64,000 bases of DNA, taken from contig JBHIAV010000010.1 of the NCBI GenBank assembly GCA_046758745.1, positions 1 to 64,000 on the forward strand, in the 5' to 3' direction. Shown here piece after piece: positions 9,567-21,157 of this stretch. This DNA comes from Gemmatimonadota bacterium (lineage in GTDB: Bacteria; Gemmatimonadota; Gemmatimonadetes; Palauibacterales; Palauibacteraceae). Position 1 is the first letter of the stretch, and every line of letters begins with the position of its first letter. The translations under genes were made by a program, and so were the position numbers. The notes beneath the pieces are model-generated. The model made no database searches, had not been told where the DNA came from, and saw nothing but the letters and a program-made list of their open reading frames with translations.

Positions 9567-12500
9567 CTCCGCCCCTCTCCGTCCTGGTCGCGTCGCGGTT
9601 CAGCCGGTCGAAGTAATCGAGAACCAGGGCCCGGTACGACGCGGGAATGCTCTGCATAGCAGCCGCATCAGGGTGCGGGAAGCGAGGTCCCGCCAGGAGA
9701 TCCGGATCGATCTCCGGGAGCGTGCCCCGCGTCACCCTTCCCGCCGTCTCCGACTCGCGGCGCTCCGGGTCCTCGTCTTCCTTCTCGAGGGACCGTCCGG
9801 CATCGAGGAGCCGATGGAAGAGCCGCTCCTGGCGACGAAGCGTTTCGACGTCCAGCCCTCCCTCGGCCAGGCGCCGTGCGATCGCTTCGGCTTCGTCGGC
9901 CAGCTCCGCGGGCCGTCCGAGCAGCTCCGCCTCTCGATGTCTCTCTCCGAGCTCGCGCAGCCGCTGCGCGATGGCTGCCTGTTCCGCCGCCAGACGCTGC
10001 AGCTGCCCCGCGATGCGTTGTCCCGCCTGGTGGAGCAACATCAGGCCTCCGGCATCCCGGTTCAGGCTCCCCTGCGCCTCGGCCATGCGGGCGAGCTGCT
10101 CGAGCGCCTCCTCCATTCCCGTGGCCGAGCTCGCCTTCTCCACGGCACGGCGGCTGGCCAGGAGGCGCCCCGCCAGCTCGTTGAGCGACTCCACGAGCAC
10201 GCGCCCTTCGGCGGCGGTGGCGGGGGACCGACCGCGGCCCGGCTCCAGCGATTCCACGATCCGATCCATCTGCCGCACGGCCGCGGCCGCGGCAGGGCCG
10301 ATGCGCCGGTCCAGTAGAGCCGTCTTCCGCTCCGCCTCCGCCAGCGACTGCAACAGGTTGTCCAGGCCCTGCCGAACCGCCGACTGTCGCCCGCGAAGGG
10401 AGGGAGACGCCGGTGCGGCGCTCGCGGACCGCTCTCGCACGAGCTCCATCTGCTCCCGGGCCAGGCCGAGCGCCTCGGTCGCCGCGCGCTCCACCGCGGC
10501 CAGCGCATCGGCCCTCCAGTCTCGGGTGAGCTCCGTCAGAGCGGCCTCCAGGCTTCTTGCGGCGCCCTCCATCTCCCCCGCCGCCGACCCTGCGCTTGCG
10601 CCAGCCAGCCGGCTGGCCCGGCCGTCCGTCGATGGGCGGTCCCTCACGGAGTCGCTCGTCGCCCGTGGGGCCGTCCCCATTGCCTCGGCCGCCCTTCGCA
10701 TCGCCTCGGCCGCCCTTGTGGCGCGAAAGGCCGCGGCGCCAACCGAGTCAGCGGCCGCGCCCGCGGCCGCGCCCGCCAGTCGTTCCTCCAAACGTTCGAG
10801 CTCGTGTTGCAGCTCCTCGGCCCCACCTGCGAGGCGCTCCTCCGCCCGCACCCAGGAGTCGTCGCCGGTCGGCGCCTCCGCGACCAGCCGCTGCTCCTGA
10901 GCGAGCTGCTCCGCCTGCCCCTGGAGCGCCTTGAGTCGCTGCTCGACCGCCGCACGCTCCAGGAGCGCGACGCTCTGATCGATGCGCTTCCGAAGATCCC
11001 GCATCTCGCTCGACAGCCGCTCGAGCGCCTGGCGCAGGGAAGGAGCGTCCAGATCCCGCAGGGCCCGGCGGAGCTCCCGGATCTTCTCGCTCAGTCCGGA
11101 CTCGAGCAGCTCGCGGTACAGCTCCTCGAGTCTGTGGAGCTGCTCGTGAAGAGCGGGATCCGTGAGTGAGGATCGCTCCAAGTCTTCAGCCACGCCGCTC
11201 AGCTCTTCCCTCAGTCTCCCGATGCGCGCTTTCAGGCTGTCCGCATCCGCCAGAACGCGACGTCCCTCCTCTGTGGCCGCGAAGCTGGCCCGTTCCGCCC
11301 GCTCGGCAGCTCCCGCCATCACCGGCTCCGGCCTGCTATCCGCCTCGGCCCGCGATCTCGCCCGCCGCTCCGCTTCTCGTGCCGCGCGCTCCACGCGTCG
11401 GGCGCTCTCCCCGAGCCGGCGGGCGTCCCCGGCGAGGGCGTCCGTCCGCTCGATCGCCCGTTCCCGCAGCTCCGACAGGTTCGGAATCCGGGCGCGGAAG
11501 GTATCGGAGGCCACGGCGGCGTGGCCCGGGTTCGCGTCGCTCACTCGCGCGAAGTACACAACCGTGTCCCCGGGAAGCAGTCCCCGCTCGCCGAGGTCGA
11601 GCACCGGCCGGAGGATGAGGCGACTCTCCACGCCCACCGAGCCGGCCACCCGATGGACCACCGCCCGCCCGCGGGTACCGAGTGCCGAGGCTCTCCGGCT
11701 GACGATCTCAACCGAGCGCACGCCGATGTCGTCCCGCGCGTCGAGCACCAGAGGGAGGACCATGGAGGTGCCGAGCACAGTGTCCACGCCTGGAAAGACG
11801 ATCGTCACAGAGGGGAGGCTGTCCGGCAGAACGGCGACTCGCAGCGAATCCGCCGGTCGGACGCCACCCTCGCCTCCGGCCACGCGGAGATCCCACCCCC
11901 ACACGTCGTCCTCCACCGGCCGCAACTCTCCCGAGAACGCATTGCCATCGGTCTCGAGCGGAACCGCGCGGCCCATCCTCACGCTCGCCATCGACGCGCC
12001 GGTCAGCCGACGGTTGACCGCCCCCCGGATGCGAAGCACCGTGCCGCTGGGAACCGCCAGGGTGGGGATCGGGCGCGTGTGCTCCTCCGGCGGCCGCCCG
12101 AGATAGTTCGGGTAATCGACGTCGATCGAGAGCCGCGTGAGAAGAAGCGGGTCGAGCGGTCTGGCCAGGAAGGTGTCGGAGGCGGCTCCCCGGTCGTCCT
12201 CCGCCCAATACCAGGTCGGCGCCTCGATCGGATCCGTGAAGCCGCCCGCCGTATCAGCAGCGGGATCGACCGGAAGAAGCCGCCGGGCGGTGAGCTCGCC
12301 CTCCACACGCCAGGCCAGGTGCACCCGCCTCCGGTCCGGTGCCCGGATCCGCACCCTGAGCGGCGACCCGCGGCGCACCTCCACACCTTTCGGCTGGATG
12401 GCGAGGGGCGGTGGCGCCGCGGGGAAAGAGACCAGCCACGGTCGCGCGAGAGCACCGGCGGCCGACACCATCAGGCCGGGACGGGCCGCCGCCGCGACAC

Positions 12501-13035
12501 CGAGCGTCCCAAGAGCCCCCGAACAGCCGACCAGTGCCATCCGCAGCCGCCTTCGCCAGACCGCTCCGCTTCGGGGCAGGAGCGCCCCGGGCGACCGGCG
12601 CTTGAGAGCGTCCTCCACGCGAGCCCGATGAAGCGCGGCCAGCTCGACGGAGCCGGCGCTGCCCGGTCGGGACAGCTCGAGGGCGGAGCGCAGCTCCCCC
12701 TCGCGGAGCCCCACCGCCGATTCGACCTCGCCCGCCAGGCCCGCCAGGGTGAGCCGCCGTCTCAAGGTGCCGATCGCAAGGCCGGTCGCGCCGAGGACGC
12801 CGAGCTGGAGCAGGAAGGCGACGACGGGTGCCGGCGAACCGGGCGCGCGCCACATGGCCGCGGGCAGGACAGCAGCGACCAGATAGACGCTGGCGAGGCC
12901 TCCGATCCCCGCGGCGCTCACCGCGGCCATCGCGCGCCGACGCAGCCGCGCCGCCGACCGTCTGGCGTCCGCCAGCTCCCCCTGGGAGCCCCCCGCCCCG
13001 CGCGTGCGGCCCCGGCCGGCCGCTCCGGAGCTCAC
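9556..13035 (-). CDS. Large DUF4175-like membrane protein (N-terminal TM helices, beta-sandwich region, long coiled coil)
   Basis: Three N-terminal hydrophobic segments, YPNYLGRP, ARDDIGV, YFARVSD, long Gln/Glu/Ala coiled coil, RQERLFHRLLDAGRSL, terminal IPASYRALVLDYFDRL. Confidence 0.75.
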   Translation of the reverse strand: MSSGAAGRGRTRGAGGSQGELADARRSAARLRRRAMAAVSAAGIGGLASVYLVAAVLPAAMWRAPGSPAPVVAFLLQLGVLGATGLAIGTLRRRLTLAGLAGEVESAVGLREGELRSALELSRPGSAGSVELAALHRARVEDALKRRSPGALLPRSGAVWRRRLRMALVGCSGALGTLGVAAAARPGLMVSAAGALARPWLVSFPAAPPPLAIQPKGVEVRRGSPLRVRIRAPDRRRVHLAWRVEGELTARRLLPVDPAADTAGGFTDPIEAPTWYWAEDDRGAASDTFLARPLDPLLLTRLSIDVDYPNYLGRPPEEHTRPIPTLAVPSGTVLRIRGAVNRRLTGASMASVRMGRAVPLETDGNAFSGELRPVEDDVWGWDLRVAGGEGGVRPADSLRVAVLPDSLPSVTIVFPGVDTVLGTSMVLPLVLDARDDIGVRSVEIVSRRASALGTRGRAVVHRVAGSVGVESRLILRPVLDLGERGLLPGDTVVYFARVSDANPGHAAVASDTFRARIPNLSELRERAIERTDALAGDARRLGESARRVERAAREAERRARSRAEADSRPEPVMAGAAERAERASFAATEEGRRVLADADSLKARIGRLREELSGVAEDLERSSLTDPALHEQLHRLEELYRELLESGLSEKIRELRRALRDLDAPSLRQALERLSSEMRDLRKRIDQSVALLERAAVEQRLKALQGQAEQLAQEQRLVAEAPTGDDSWVRAEERLAGGAEELQHELERLEERLAGAAAGAAADSVGAAAFRATRAAEAMRRAAEAMGTAPRATSDSVRDRPSTDGRASRLAGASAGSAAGEMEGAARSLEAALTELTRDWRADALAAVERAATEALGLAREQMELVRERSASAAPASPSLRGRQSAVRQGLDNLLQSLAEAERKTALLDRRIGPAAAAAVRQMDRIVESLEPGRGRSPATAAEGRVLVESLNELAGRLLASRRAVEKASSATGMEEALEQLARMAEAQGSLNRDAGGLMLLHQAGQRIAGQLQRLAAEQAAIAQRLRELGERHREAELLGRPAELADEAEAIARRLAEGGLDVETLRRQERLFHRLLDAGRSLEKEDEDPERRESETAGRVTRGTLPEIDPDLLAGPRFPHPDAAAMQSIPASYRALVLDYFDRLNRDATRTERGGGAR

Positions 13036-13892
13036 CCTTCGTCCTTGCCGACCCGCAGCGCGATCCGGTACGCCCCGTTGCGCGGCAGGCCGTATTGCTC
13101 GATCAGGGAACGCACGATCTCCGACGTGGTGCGCCCTCGCTTCGCCATCTCCCTGGCTGCGCGTTCCGCTTCACCACATCGGTCTCCTTCCGTCTCCACA
13201 TCCGAGCGCGGGCCGGAAAGCCCCTCGAACACGAGCGTCACCTCTCCTCTCGGCTCCGTCTCACTGTAGTATTCCGCCAGACTGGAGACCGTTCCGCGTC
13301 TAATCTCTTCATGCACCTTGGTCAGCTCTCGGCAAACGACGCACTGCCGCTCGCCGAGACCCCCTGCGGCCAATGCAGAGAGGAGCGAAGCGAGCCGCCT
13401 CGGAGATTCGAACGCCACCACGGTCATGGACGAACGGGCGGCCTGCCCGAGCCATTCCTGGCGTCGTCGCCCGCCGCGCGGTGGGAACCCGAGGAACGCA
13501 AAGCGGCTGGCCGGCAGTCCGGAGATCGCCAGGGCCGTGAGGACGGCCGACGGCCCAGGGACCGGAACGACCCGAAAGCCGGCGCGGGCGGCCGCCTCGA
13601 TGGCCCGACTTCCCGGATCGGAAATCCCGGGCATCCCCGCGTCCGTGACGAGGGCGCAGCTCTCGCCCGCCGCCAGCCGCTCCAGGAGCTCCTCCGTACG
13701 TGCCGCCTCGTTGTGGGCGTGCAGGGAACGAAGGGTCGCCTGGGAGTCGACGTGACGGAGGAGGACTCGGGTCCGTCGGGTATCCTCCGCATACACCACT
13801 CCTACCCCGCGCAGCGTTTCGGTCGCGCGGGCGGAGAGATCGGAAAGGTTCCCGATCGGCGTCCCGACGACGTACAGCTCTCCGCTGGCCAT
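13032..13892 (-). CDS. rsmI: 16S rRNA (cytidine1402-2'-O)-methyltransferase
   Basis: LYVVGTPIGNLSDLS, AEDTRRT, DAGMPGISDPG, PGPSA, FESPRRL, CRELTKVHEE. Confidence 0.95.
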   Translation of the reverse strand: MASGELYVVGTPIGNLSDLSARATETLRGVGVVYAEDTRRTRVLLRHVDSQATLRSLHAHNEAARTEELLERLAAGESCALVTDAGMPGISDPGSRAIEAAARAGFRVVPVPGPSAVLTALAISGLPASRFAFLGFPPRGGRRRQEWLGQAARSSMTVVAFESPRRLASLLSALAAGGLGERQCVVCRELTKVHEEIRRGTVSSLAEYYSETEPRGEVTLVFEGLSGPRSDVETEGDRCGEAERAAREMAKRGRTTSEIVRSLIEQYGLPRNGAYRIALRVGKDEG

Positions 13893-13970
13893 CACCCGCC
13901 GGAAAGAGAAGCGCCTCCTGCCCCGCGAGGGAGCCGGTGGCGCCGCCGGATACCCGGAGCCGGTAGCGGA

Positions 13971-14303
13971 CTAGCCGTGCTCCTCGATCTTCTTCTCGAG
14001 ATGGGCCTTCGGTACCGCACCGACCACGGTGTCGACCAGCTCCCCGTCCTTGAAGAAGAGGATGCTTGGGATCGACCGGATGTTGAAGCGGGCGGGCGTG
14101 GCGCGATTGGCGTCCACGTCGAGTTTCCCCACCTTGACCCGACCTGCATACTCGTTCGCAAGCTCCTGCACCACCGGACCGACGATGCGACACGGGCCGC
14201 ACCACTCCGCCCAGAAGTCAACCAGCGCCAACCCGGTCGAGGACTCGATCTCTTCCGCGAAGTTGGCGTCGGTAATGGTAACGGGTTCCACGGTAGTCGC
14301 CAC
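13971..14303 (-). CDS. trxA: Thioredoxin
   Basis: DFWAEWCGPC, FNIRSIPSILFFKDGE. GTG start at 14303 behind GAGGTG. Confidence 0.95.
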   Translation of the reverse strand: MATTVEPVTITDANFAEEIESSTGLALVDFWAEWCGPCRIVGPVVQELANEYAGRVKVGKLDVDANRATPARFNIRSIPSILFFKDGELVDTVVGAVPKAHLEKKIEEHG

Positions 14304-14437
14304 GCTCACCTCATCTGGCTCGGGTGGAAAAGCGTTCGAGCCCCTCGTACGTTGATGCCTGCCGGGAACATCCGCGACCCTCCGTTCCGCGTCGTACGGT
14401 CCCGGAGGCACCCCCAACCCCAACACGAGGGACTCGC

Positions 14438-14857
14438 TTGGCAATAATCGACCACATCGGTATCGCGGTCAACTCACTGGAAACCGCGAGGCCGCTGTAC
14501 GCAGCGCTTCTAGGTGAGAATGCCGCAGGAGAGGAGGAAGTTCCCGAGGAGGGCGTGCGCGTCGTCTTCTTCGGGGAGGGGGAGGGGCGTGTCGAGCTGC
14601 TCGAAGCCTTGGGGCCGAACTCGTCCATCGCCCGCTTCCTGGAGCGACGCGGCGCGGGCGTACATCACGTCTGTCTGATCGTCCCCGACGTCGGGGCGGC
14701 GGTCGAGCGGGCGCGAGCGGCAGGAAGCGAGCCGGTCTCCCCGGCCGTACGGCGAGGAGCCGGCGGAAGCGTGGTCGCCTTCCTCGACCCACGCACGACG
14801 GGCGGTGTCCTCATCGAGCTCAAGGAGCGGCGCGATCGCCGCACCGAAAGAGGCTGA
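14438..14857 (+). CDS. mce: Methylmalonyl-CoA epimerase (VOC family)
   Basis: IDHIGIAV, EEGVRVVF, VELLE, GVHHVC, FLDPRTTGGVLIEL. TTG start behind GAGGG. Confidence 0.9.
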   Translation: MAIIDHIGIAVNSLETARPLYAALLGENAAGEEEVPEEGVRVVFFGEGEGRVELLEALGPNSSIARFLERRGAGVHHVCLIVPDVGAAVERARAAGSEPVSPAVRRGAGGSVVAFLDPRTTGGVLIELKERRDRRTERG

Positions 14858-14861
14858 CAGC

Positions 14862-14898
14862 GCCCGCCCTGGACCCGGGCGGGCCTTCGCGGAAGGCC
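14862..14898. terminator. GC-rich hairpins between convergent genes
   Basis: GCCCGCCC/GGGCGGGC stem overlapping a GGCCTTC/GAAGGCC stem just after the mce stop. No U-tract. Confidence 0.35.
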
Positions 14899-14955
14899 TC
14901 GATGCTCGCGGCGCGATCACCGTTCACGGAAGGCGTCGCCGCTCCGGGGCGCTCG

Positions 14956-15459
14956 TCACCGCCCCGGGCTTGCCGTGAGGGCGTCCACGTCCAGGCGCTC
15001 CACGTACCAGTGACCGTCGCGGGCCGGCACCGTCACGATCGGGACCAACACGTCGCCGCGTCTCGTTCCTTCCAAACGCGCCACGTACCTAACCCGGTCC
15101 GGCCCGAGCTGCGCAAGATTGGCGACCCGCAGATCGTAGGAGCTGTGCCGCAGCAGCCTCGCCAGGAAGATCATCCGCTGCTCCACCTCCGCGATGCCCA
15201 GCCGCTTCCGCGCCGGCCCATCGACCGTTCCGAAGTGGGCGCCCATCAGCTGATAATCCCCCCTCCGCACACCTTCGAGGAAGGCGTGCACCGCCTCCTC
15301 GGAGGTGGTCGCGCCGCTCAGTCCCTCTCCCGGACGTCCGCCGCCGGAGGCGCAACCGACGAAGGAGACGAGAAGGACGGCGAGCAGAACCGGAAGCCCG
15401 GATCGGGACCGTGAGGTCCCGCGGCCGGCACGCGTCGACGCCGTTGGATGCCTGCTCAC
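14956..15459 (-). CDS. Small lipoprotein, NTF2/DUF4878-like hypothetical
   Basis: Signal LPVLLAVLLVSFVG-C, then SEEAVHAFLEGVRRGDYQLM and terminal GHWYVERLD. GTG 15459 is a guess. Confidence 0.65.
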   Translation of the reverse strand: MSRHPTASTRAGRGTSRSRSGLPVLLAVLLVSFVGCASGGGRPGEGLSGATTSEEAVHAFLEGVRRGDYQLMGAHFGTVDGPARKRLGIAEVEQRMIFLARLLRHSSYDLRVANLAQLGPDRVRYVARLEGTRRGDVLVPIVTVPARDGHWYVERLDVDALTASPGR

Positions 15460-15554
15460 GATCGCTCCGTGTCGGCAGGTCGATGATCGCTCGGCGGCGC
15501 ACGGTGTCCTCGCCGCGAGGCTTCCGATGCTAGTAGACTCCGGCCGTTGCGCCG

Positions 15555-18181
<2,627 letters not shown>

Positions 18182-18239
18182 TCCCTGTTGTCTCCTCGTG
18201 AGCCGTGTCTGGAGCGCGTTCCCGGCGGGACGGCCCCTG

Positions 18240-18761
18240 TCAGGTCTCGATGTCGATCTGCTTCTTCTCGGCTTCGGTCCGTCGCGGCAGCGTGAGGCGA
18301 AGCACGCCGTCTTCCAACTTGGCGCGGACCCGCGCCGTGTCGACGTCGGCCGGAGCGTGCAGCGTCCGACGGAAGCGTCCATACTCGCGCTCCGTCCGGA
18401 TCACCTCGGCCCCCTCGGCCAGCTGCGGCCGACGGCGCTTCCCGCTGATGGTGATCTCGTCGCCCACCGTCGACACCTCCAGGTCGTCCTTCCTTACGCC
18501 GGGTAGATCGACGAAGATCCGATACTCCTCGGCGGTCCGAACCATGTCGATGCGTGGGGCCCGGCCTGCCCCCGGAGGGAAGATCCGCACGCCCTCCAAG
18601 AAGTCCCCCACCAGATCGTGCAGCTCCGAGAAGGGGGCGGCCCAGCCGCTGCGCCAGCGCTCCGCGGATCGCTCCGCCTCGCCCGCCGGGCTCGAGTCCG
18701 CCTCGCCGCCCGTCGCCTCCTCCTCCCGTGCCGGCCCCCCGTTTTTCTCCCTCTCCTCCAC
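18240..18761 (-). CDS. Hsp20/alpha-crystallin small heat-shock protein
   Basis: PRIDM, VDLPGV, ITISGKR, EREYGRFRRTL, AKLEDGVLRLTLP. GTG behind AGGAGG. Confidence 0.92.
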   Translation of the reverse strand: MEEREKNGGPAREEEATGGEADSSPAGEAERSAERWRSGWAAPFSELHDLVGDFLEGVRIFPPGAGRAPRIDMVRTAEEYRIFVDLPGVRKDDLEVSTVGDEITISGKRRRPQLAEGAEVIRTEREYGRFRRTLHAPADVDTARVRAKLEDGVLRLTLPRRTEAEKKQIDIET

Positions 18762-18818
18762 GCGTCACCTCCTGCGTGCATGCGTCTCGAACCAGCTCGG
18801 TTTCCCGCCATCGCGGGG

Positions 18819-18833
18819 GCAAGACGTGTGCCC
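18819..18833 (-). promoter_or_regulatory. Putative sigma-54 (-24/-12) promoter of hsp20-clpB
   Basis: Minus strand GGGCAC-ACGTC-TTGC versus consensus TGGCAC-N5-TTGC, about 58 nt upstream of the hsp20 start. Confidence 0.6.
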
Positions 18834-18966
18834 GGCCAAGGTCCTGTTTCGGCCCGCGGTCGCGCCAGCCCGGCGGGGAAAACCGGCATTCACAGGCCGT
18901 CTCTGCCGAATCGGCAGGCGCCTCCGCCGGGGCGGCGGGTTGCCGCCGCGCGGCGGGCGACCGCCC

Positions 18967-18996
18967 TTGACACCCCCGCCGGGCCACCACTAGCCT
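18967..18996 (+). promoter_or_regulatory. Putative sigma-70 promoter upstream of the OPT-relic/lipoprotein ORF
   Basis: TTGACA-18 nt-TAGCCT. Confidence 0.5.
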
Positions 18997-19069
18997 GCAC
19001 GCCGCTCTGGGCGGAGGAGGAGACGCGGCCCGCGATCCGGCGCGGAGAGAGGAACTGGCCAAGGGTGCT

Positions 19070-20059
19070 GTGAATCGAGAGGGAGGACAGGGTCTACGGC
19101 CCGGGCACGGCAAGCTCCCGTACCCGGAGGGGATCGCGTGCGCGGAGGTGCAGGTGGCCGGGGAGACGGGCGGGGGCAAGGCCAACGCGGACCTCCCGTG
19201 GCTGCTCGTGATCGGCGGAATCCTCACCGCCGCCGTCGTCGAACACGTCTTGCGGCAGCCGTCCCTCCCCTTCGCGGTCGGGTTGTACCTCCCCATCTCG
19301 CTCGCCACGCCTCTCCTCATTGTTGGCGCGCTGCGAAAGGCCATCGAGGCCCGAGCCGACGAGGCGGGGAGGAAGGCGAAGCGCGAGAGGGGCGTCCGCG
19401 GGTTCCCCCGCACGCTTGTCCCCACTCTCCTCCTCGCCGCTGCGTGCGGCGATGCTCCTCGCTCGCACGCCGGCCTCACCGATTCCGCCTACGTCGAGCT
19501 GTTGGCCCGACTCGTGCTCGTGGAGGCGACCACCCCGGCCGTCGGGCCCCCGCTGGCCCGCCGACAGGCGGAGGACTCGGCGCGAGCGGCGATCCTCGAG
19601 GAGCACGGGGTGTCGCCCGATTCGCTGATCCGATTCGCTGAGATCGCCGGGCGCGACCCCGCCCGCATGCAGGCCCTGTGGGAGGCGATCGCGGCGAGGG
19701 TGGACTCGCTCACGCCGGGCATGCCCGCGTCGCAGGGGGCCGGGGAGCCCGCGCCGGCTTCCGCTGAGGGGATCCCGCGCGACGTCGCCCGCCGGCCGCC
19801 GCCGGGGGTCCCGTCACGGGGGAATGCCGCCGCTGGACCGTCCGGCCGTCCCGGCCCTGTGGCCGGTGGCGAGCCGCCCGCTCGAACCACCCCGGCTACG
19901 GTGGACGGAGAGGGCGGAGAGGCGCCCGCGAGGCCGGCCGGGGGGACGGCGACCGCCGCGGACACCACCGGGCCGCGCCGTCTCCCGGCGGACTCCGCCC
20001 GGTCGGACTACCACCTCCGCCGTCTGCGCCGGCAGCTCCTTCCACGCGACTCCTCGTAG
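19070..20059 (+). CDS. Chimeric ORF: OPT fragments fused in frame to a DUF4296-like lipoprotein with a low-complexity tail
   Basis: After RERGV: TLVPTLLLAAA-C-G (Cys codon 19445), DSAYVELLARL, DSARAAILEEHGVSPDSL, MQALWEAIAARVDSL, then a Pro/Ala/Gly tail. Confidence 0.6.
   Translation: MNREGGQGLRPGHGKLPYPEGIACAEVQVAGETGGGKANADLPWLLVIGGILTAAVVEHVLRQPSLPFAVGLYLPISLATPLLIVGALRKAIEARADEAGRKAKRERGVRGFPRTLVPTLLLAAACGDAPRSHAGLTDSAYVELLARLVLVEATTPAVGPPLARRQAEDSARAAILEEHGVSPDSLIRFAEIAGRDPARMQALWEAIAARVDSLTPGMPASQGAGEPAPASAEGIPRDVARRPPPGVPSRGNAAAGPSGRPGPVAGGEPPARTTPATVDGEGGEAPARPAGGTATAADTTGPRRLPADSARSDYHLRRLRRQLLPRDSS
19106..19396 (+). pseudogene. Remnant of an OPT-family oligopeptide transporter (two non-adjacent pieces joined)
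   Basis: HGKLPYPEGIACAEVQVAGETGG (N-terminal-third OPT motif) runs directly into DLPWLLVIGG...PSLPFAVGLYLPISLATPL...RERGV (C-terminal OPT motifs). About 97 aa of a normally much longer multi-TM protein. Confidence 0.7.
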
Positions 20060-20271
20060 CCCGCGGAGAGCCGGGGAAAGCGTGCCTCGAGGCAGCGGCG
20101 CCCGGGACCCTGCGGTTGCGGGACGGTCCCCCGCCCGTAGGTTACGGGCTTTCTCGTTCCGACGAGAGGCCCTCTCGACCCTCCCGATTCTGCACGGGTG
20201 ACGCTCCGCAGGCGGATCCGAACCGGTGTCTGAAGGACGGAGAATCGCGGGGGCCGGTTTTTCGCGAGCGC

Positions 20272-21111
20272 ATGAGCAGTCACGACTACCCGACCGACAG
20301 CTCCTCGGCCACCCGGCGCGGAGAGGCCAATGGACCCATCACGTGGGTCCGCGCCCTCGGCCGGTTTGCCATGGCGGGGAGCCGGCACCTGGGGCGGGCC
20401 GGAATCCTGGCGGCTGCCACGACGCTCGCCCTCGCCCGTCCGCACCGCTACTTGAAGGCCGCCATCGTGCAGGCCAAGGTGATCGGCGTGGACAGCCTGG
20501 CACTCGTCATAGTCGTCGGCGGCCTGAGCGGCTCCGTGCTCGCGCAGCAGAGCGGCTACCAGATGGAGACACTCCCGCTGTGGATCGTGGGACAGGCTGT
20601 CGCAGCCGGCATGCTCACCGAACTCGCCCCCGTGCTCACCGCCGTGGTGCTGGCGGGCCGCATCGGCGCCGGGATCGGTGCAGAGCTGGGGACGATGAAG
20701 GTTACGGATCAGATCGACGCCCTACGGACCCTGGGCCGAGACCCCGTGGTGGAGCTCATCGTGCCGCGCGTGGTGGCGGGCGCCGTCGTGCTGATCCCGC
20801 TCGTCGTCCTCGCCAACATCGCCGGGATGGCCGCGGGCTGGATCACCGCAGTCAGCCTTCTGCCGATGACCACGCACGAGTACGTGTACGGAGTCCAGAC
20901 GTACTACCACTCGGCCGCACTCATCTTCTCGCTCGTCAAGGGGTTCGCGTTCGGAATCACCATCACCTTCACGGCCTGCTATGTAGGTCTCCAGGCGGAG
21001 GGAGGCGCGGCCGGCGTGGGTCGCACCGCCACCAACGCGGTGGTAGCGATCATCGTCGCGATCATGGTCCTCGACGTGATCCTCGCCCCGGTATACAAGG
21101 CGGTGTCGTGA
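20272..21111 (+). CDS. mlaE: MlaE-family ABC transporter permease
   Basis: IGVDSL, ELAPVLTAVVLAGRIGAGIGAELGTMKVTDQIDALRTLGRDP, GGAAGVGRTATNAVV. Confidence 0.93.
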   Translation: MSSHDYPTDSSSATRRGEANGPITWVRALGRFAMAGSRHLGRAGILAAATTLALARPHRYLKAAIVQAKVIGVDSLALVIVVGGLSGSVLAQQSGYQMETLPLWIVGQAVAAGMLTELAPVLTAVVLAGRIGAGIGAELGTMKVTDQIDALRTLGRDPVVELIVPRVVAGAVVLIPLVVLANIAGMAAGWITAVSLLPMTTHEYVYGVQTYYHSAALIFSLVKGFAFGITITFTACYVGLQAEGGAAGVGRTATNAVVAIIVAIMVLDVILAPVYKAVS

Positions 21112-21157
21112 GCTCCCCACGACCTGTCGCGAGGGGGACGTGGGGAGGCGCGGCGCG

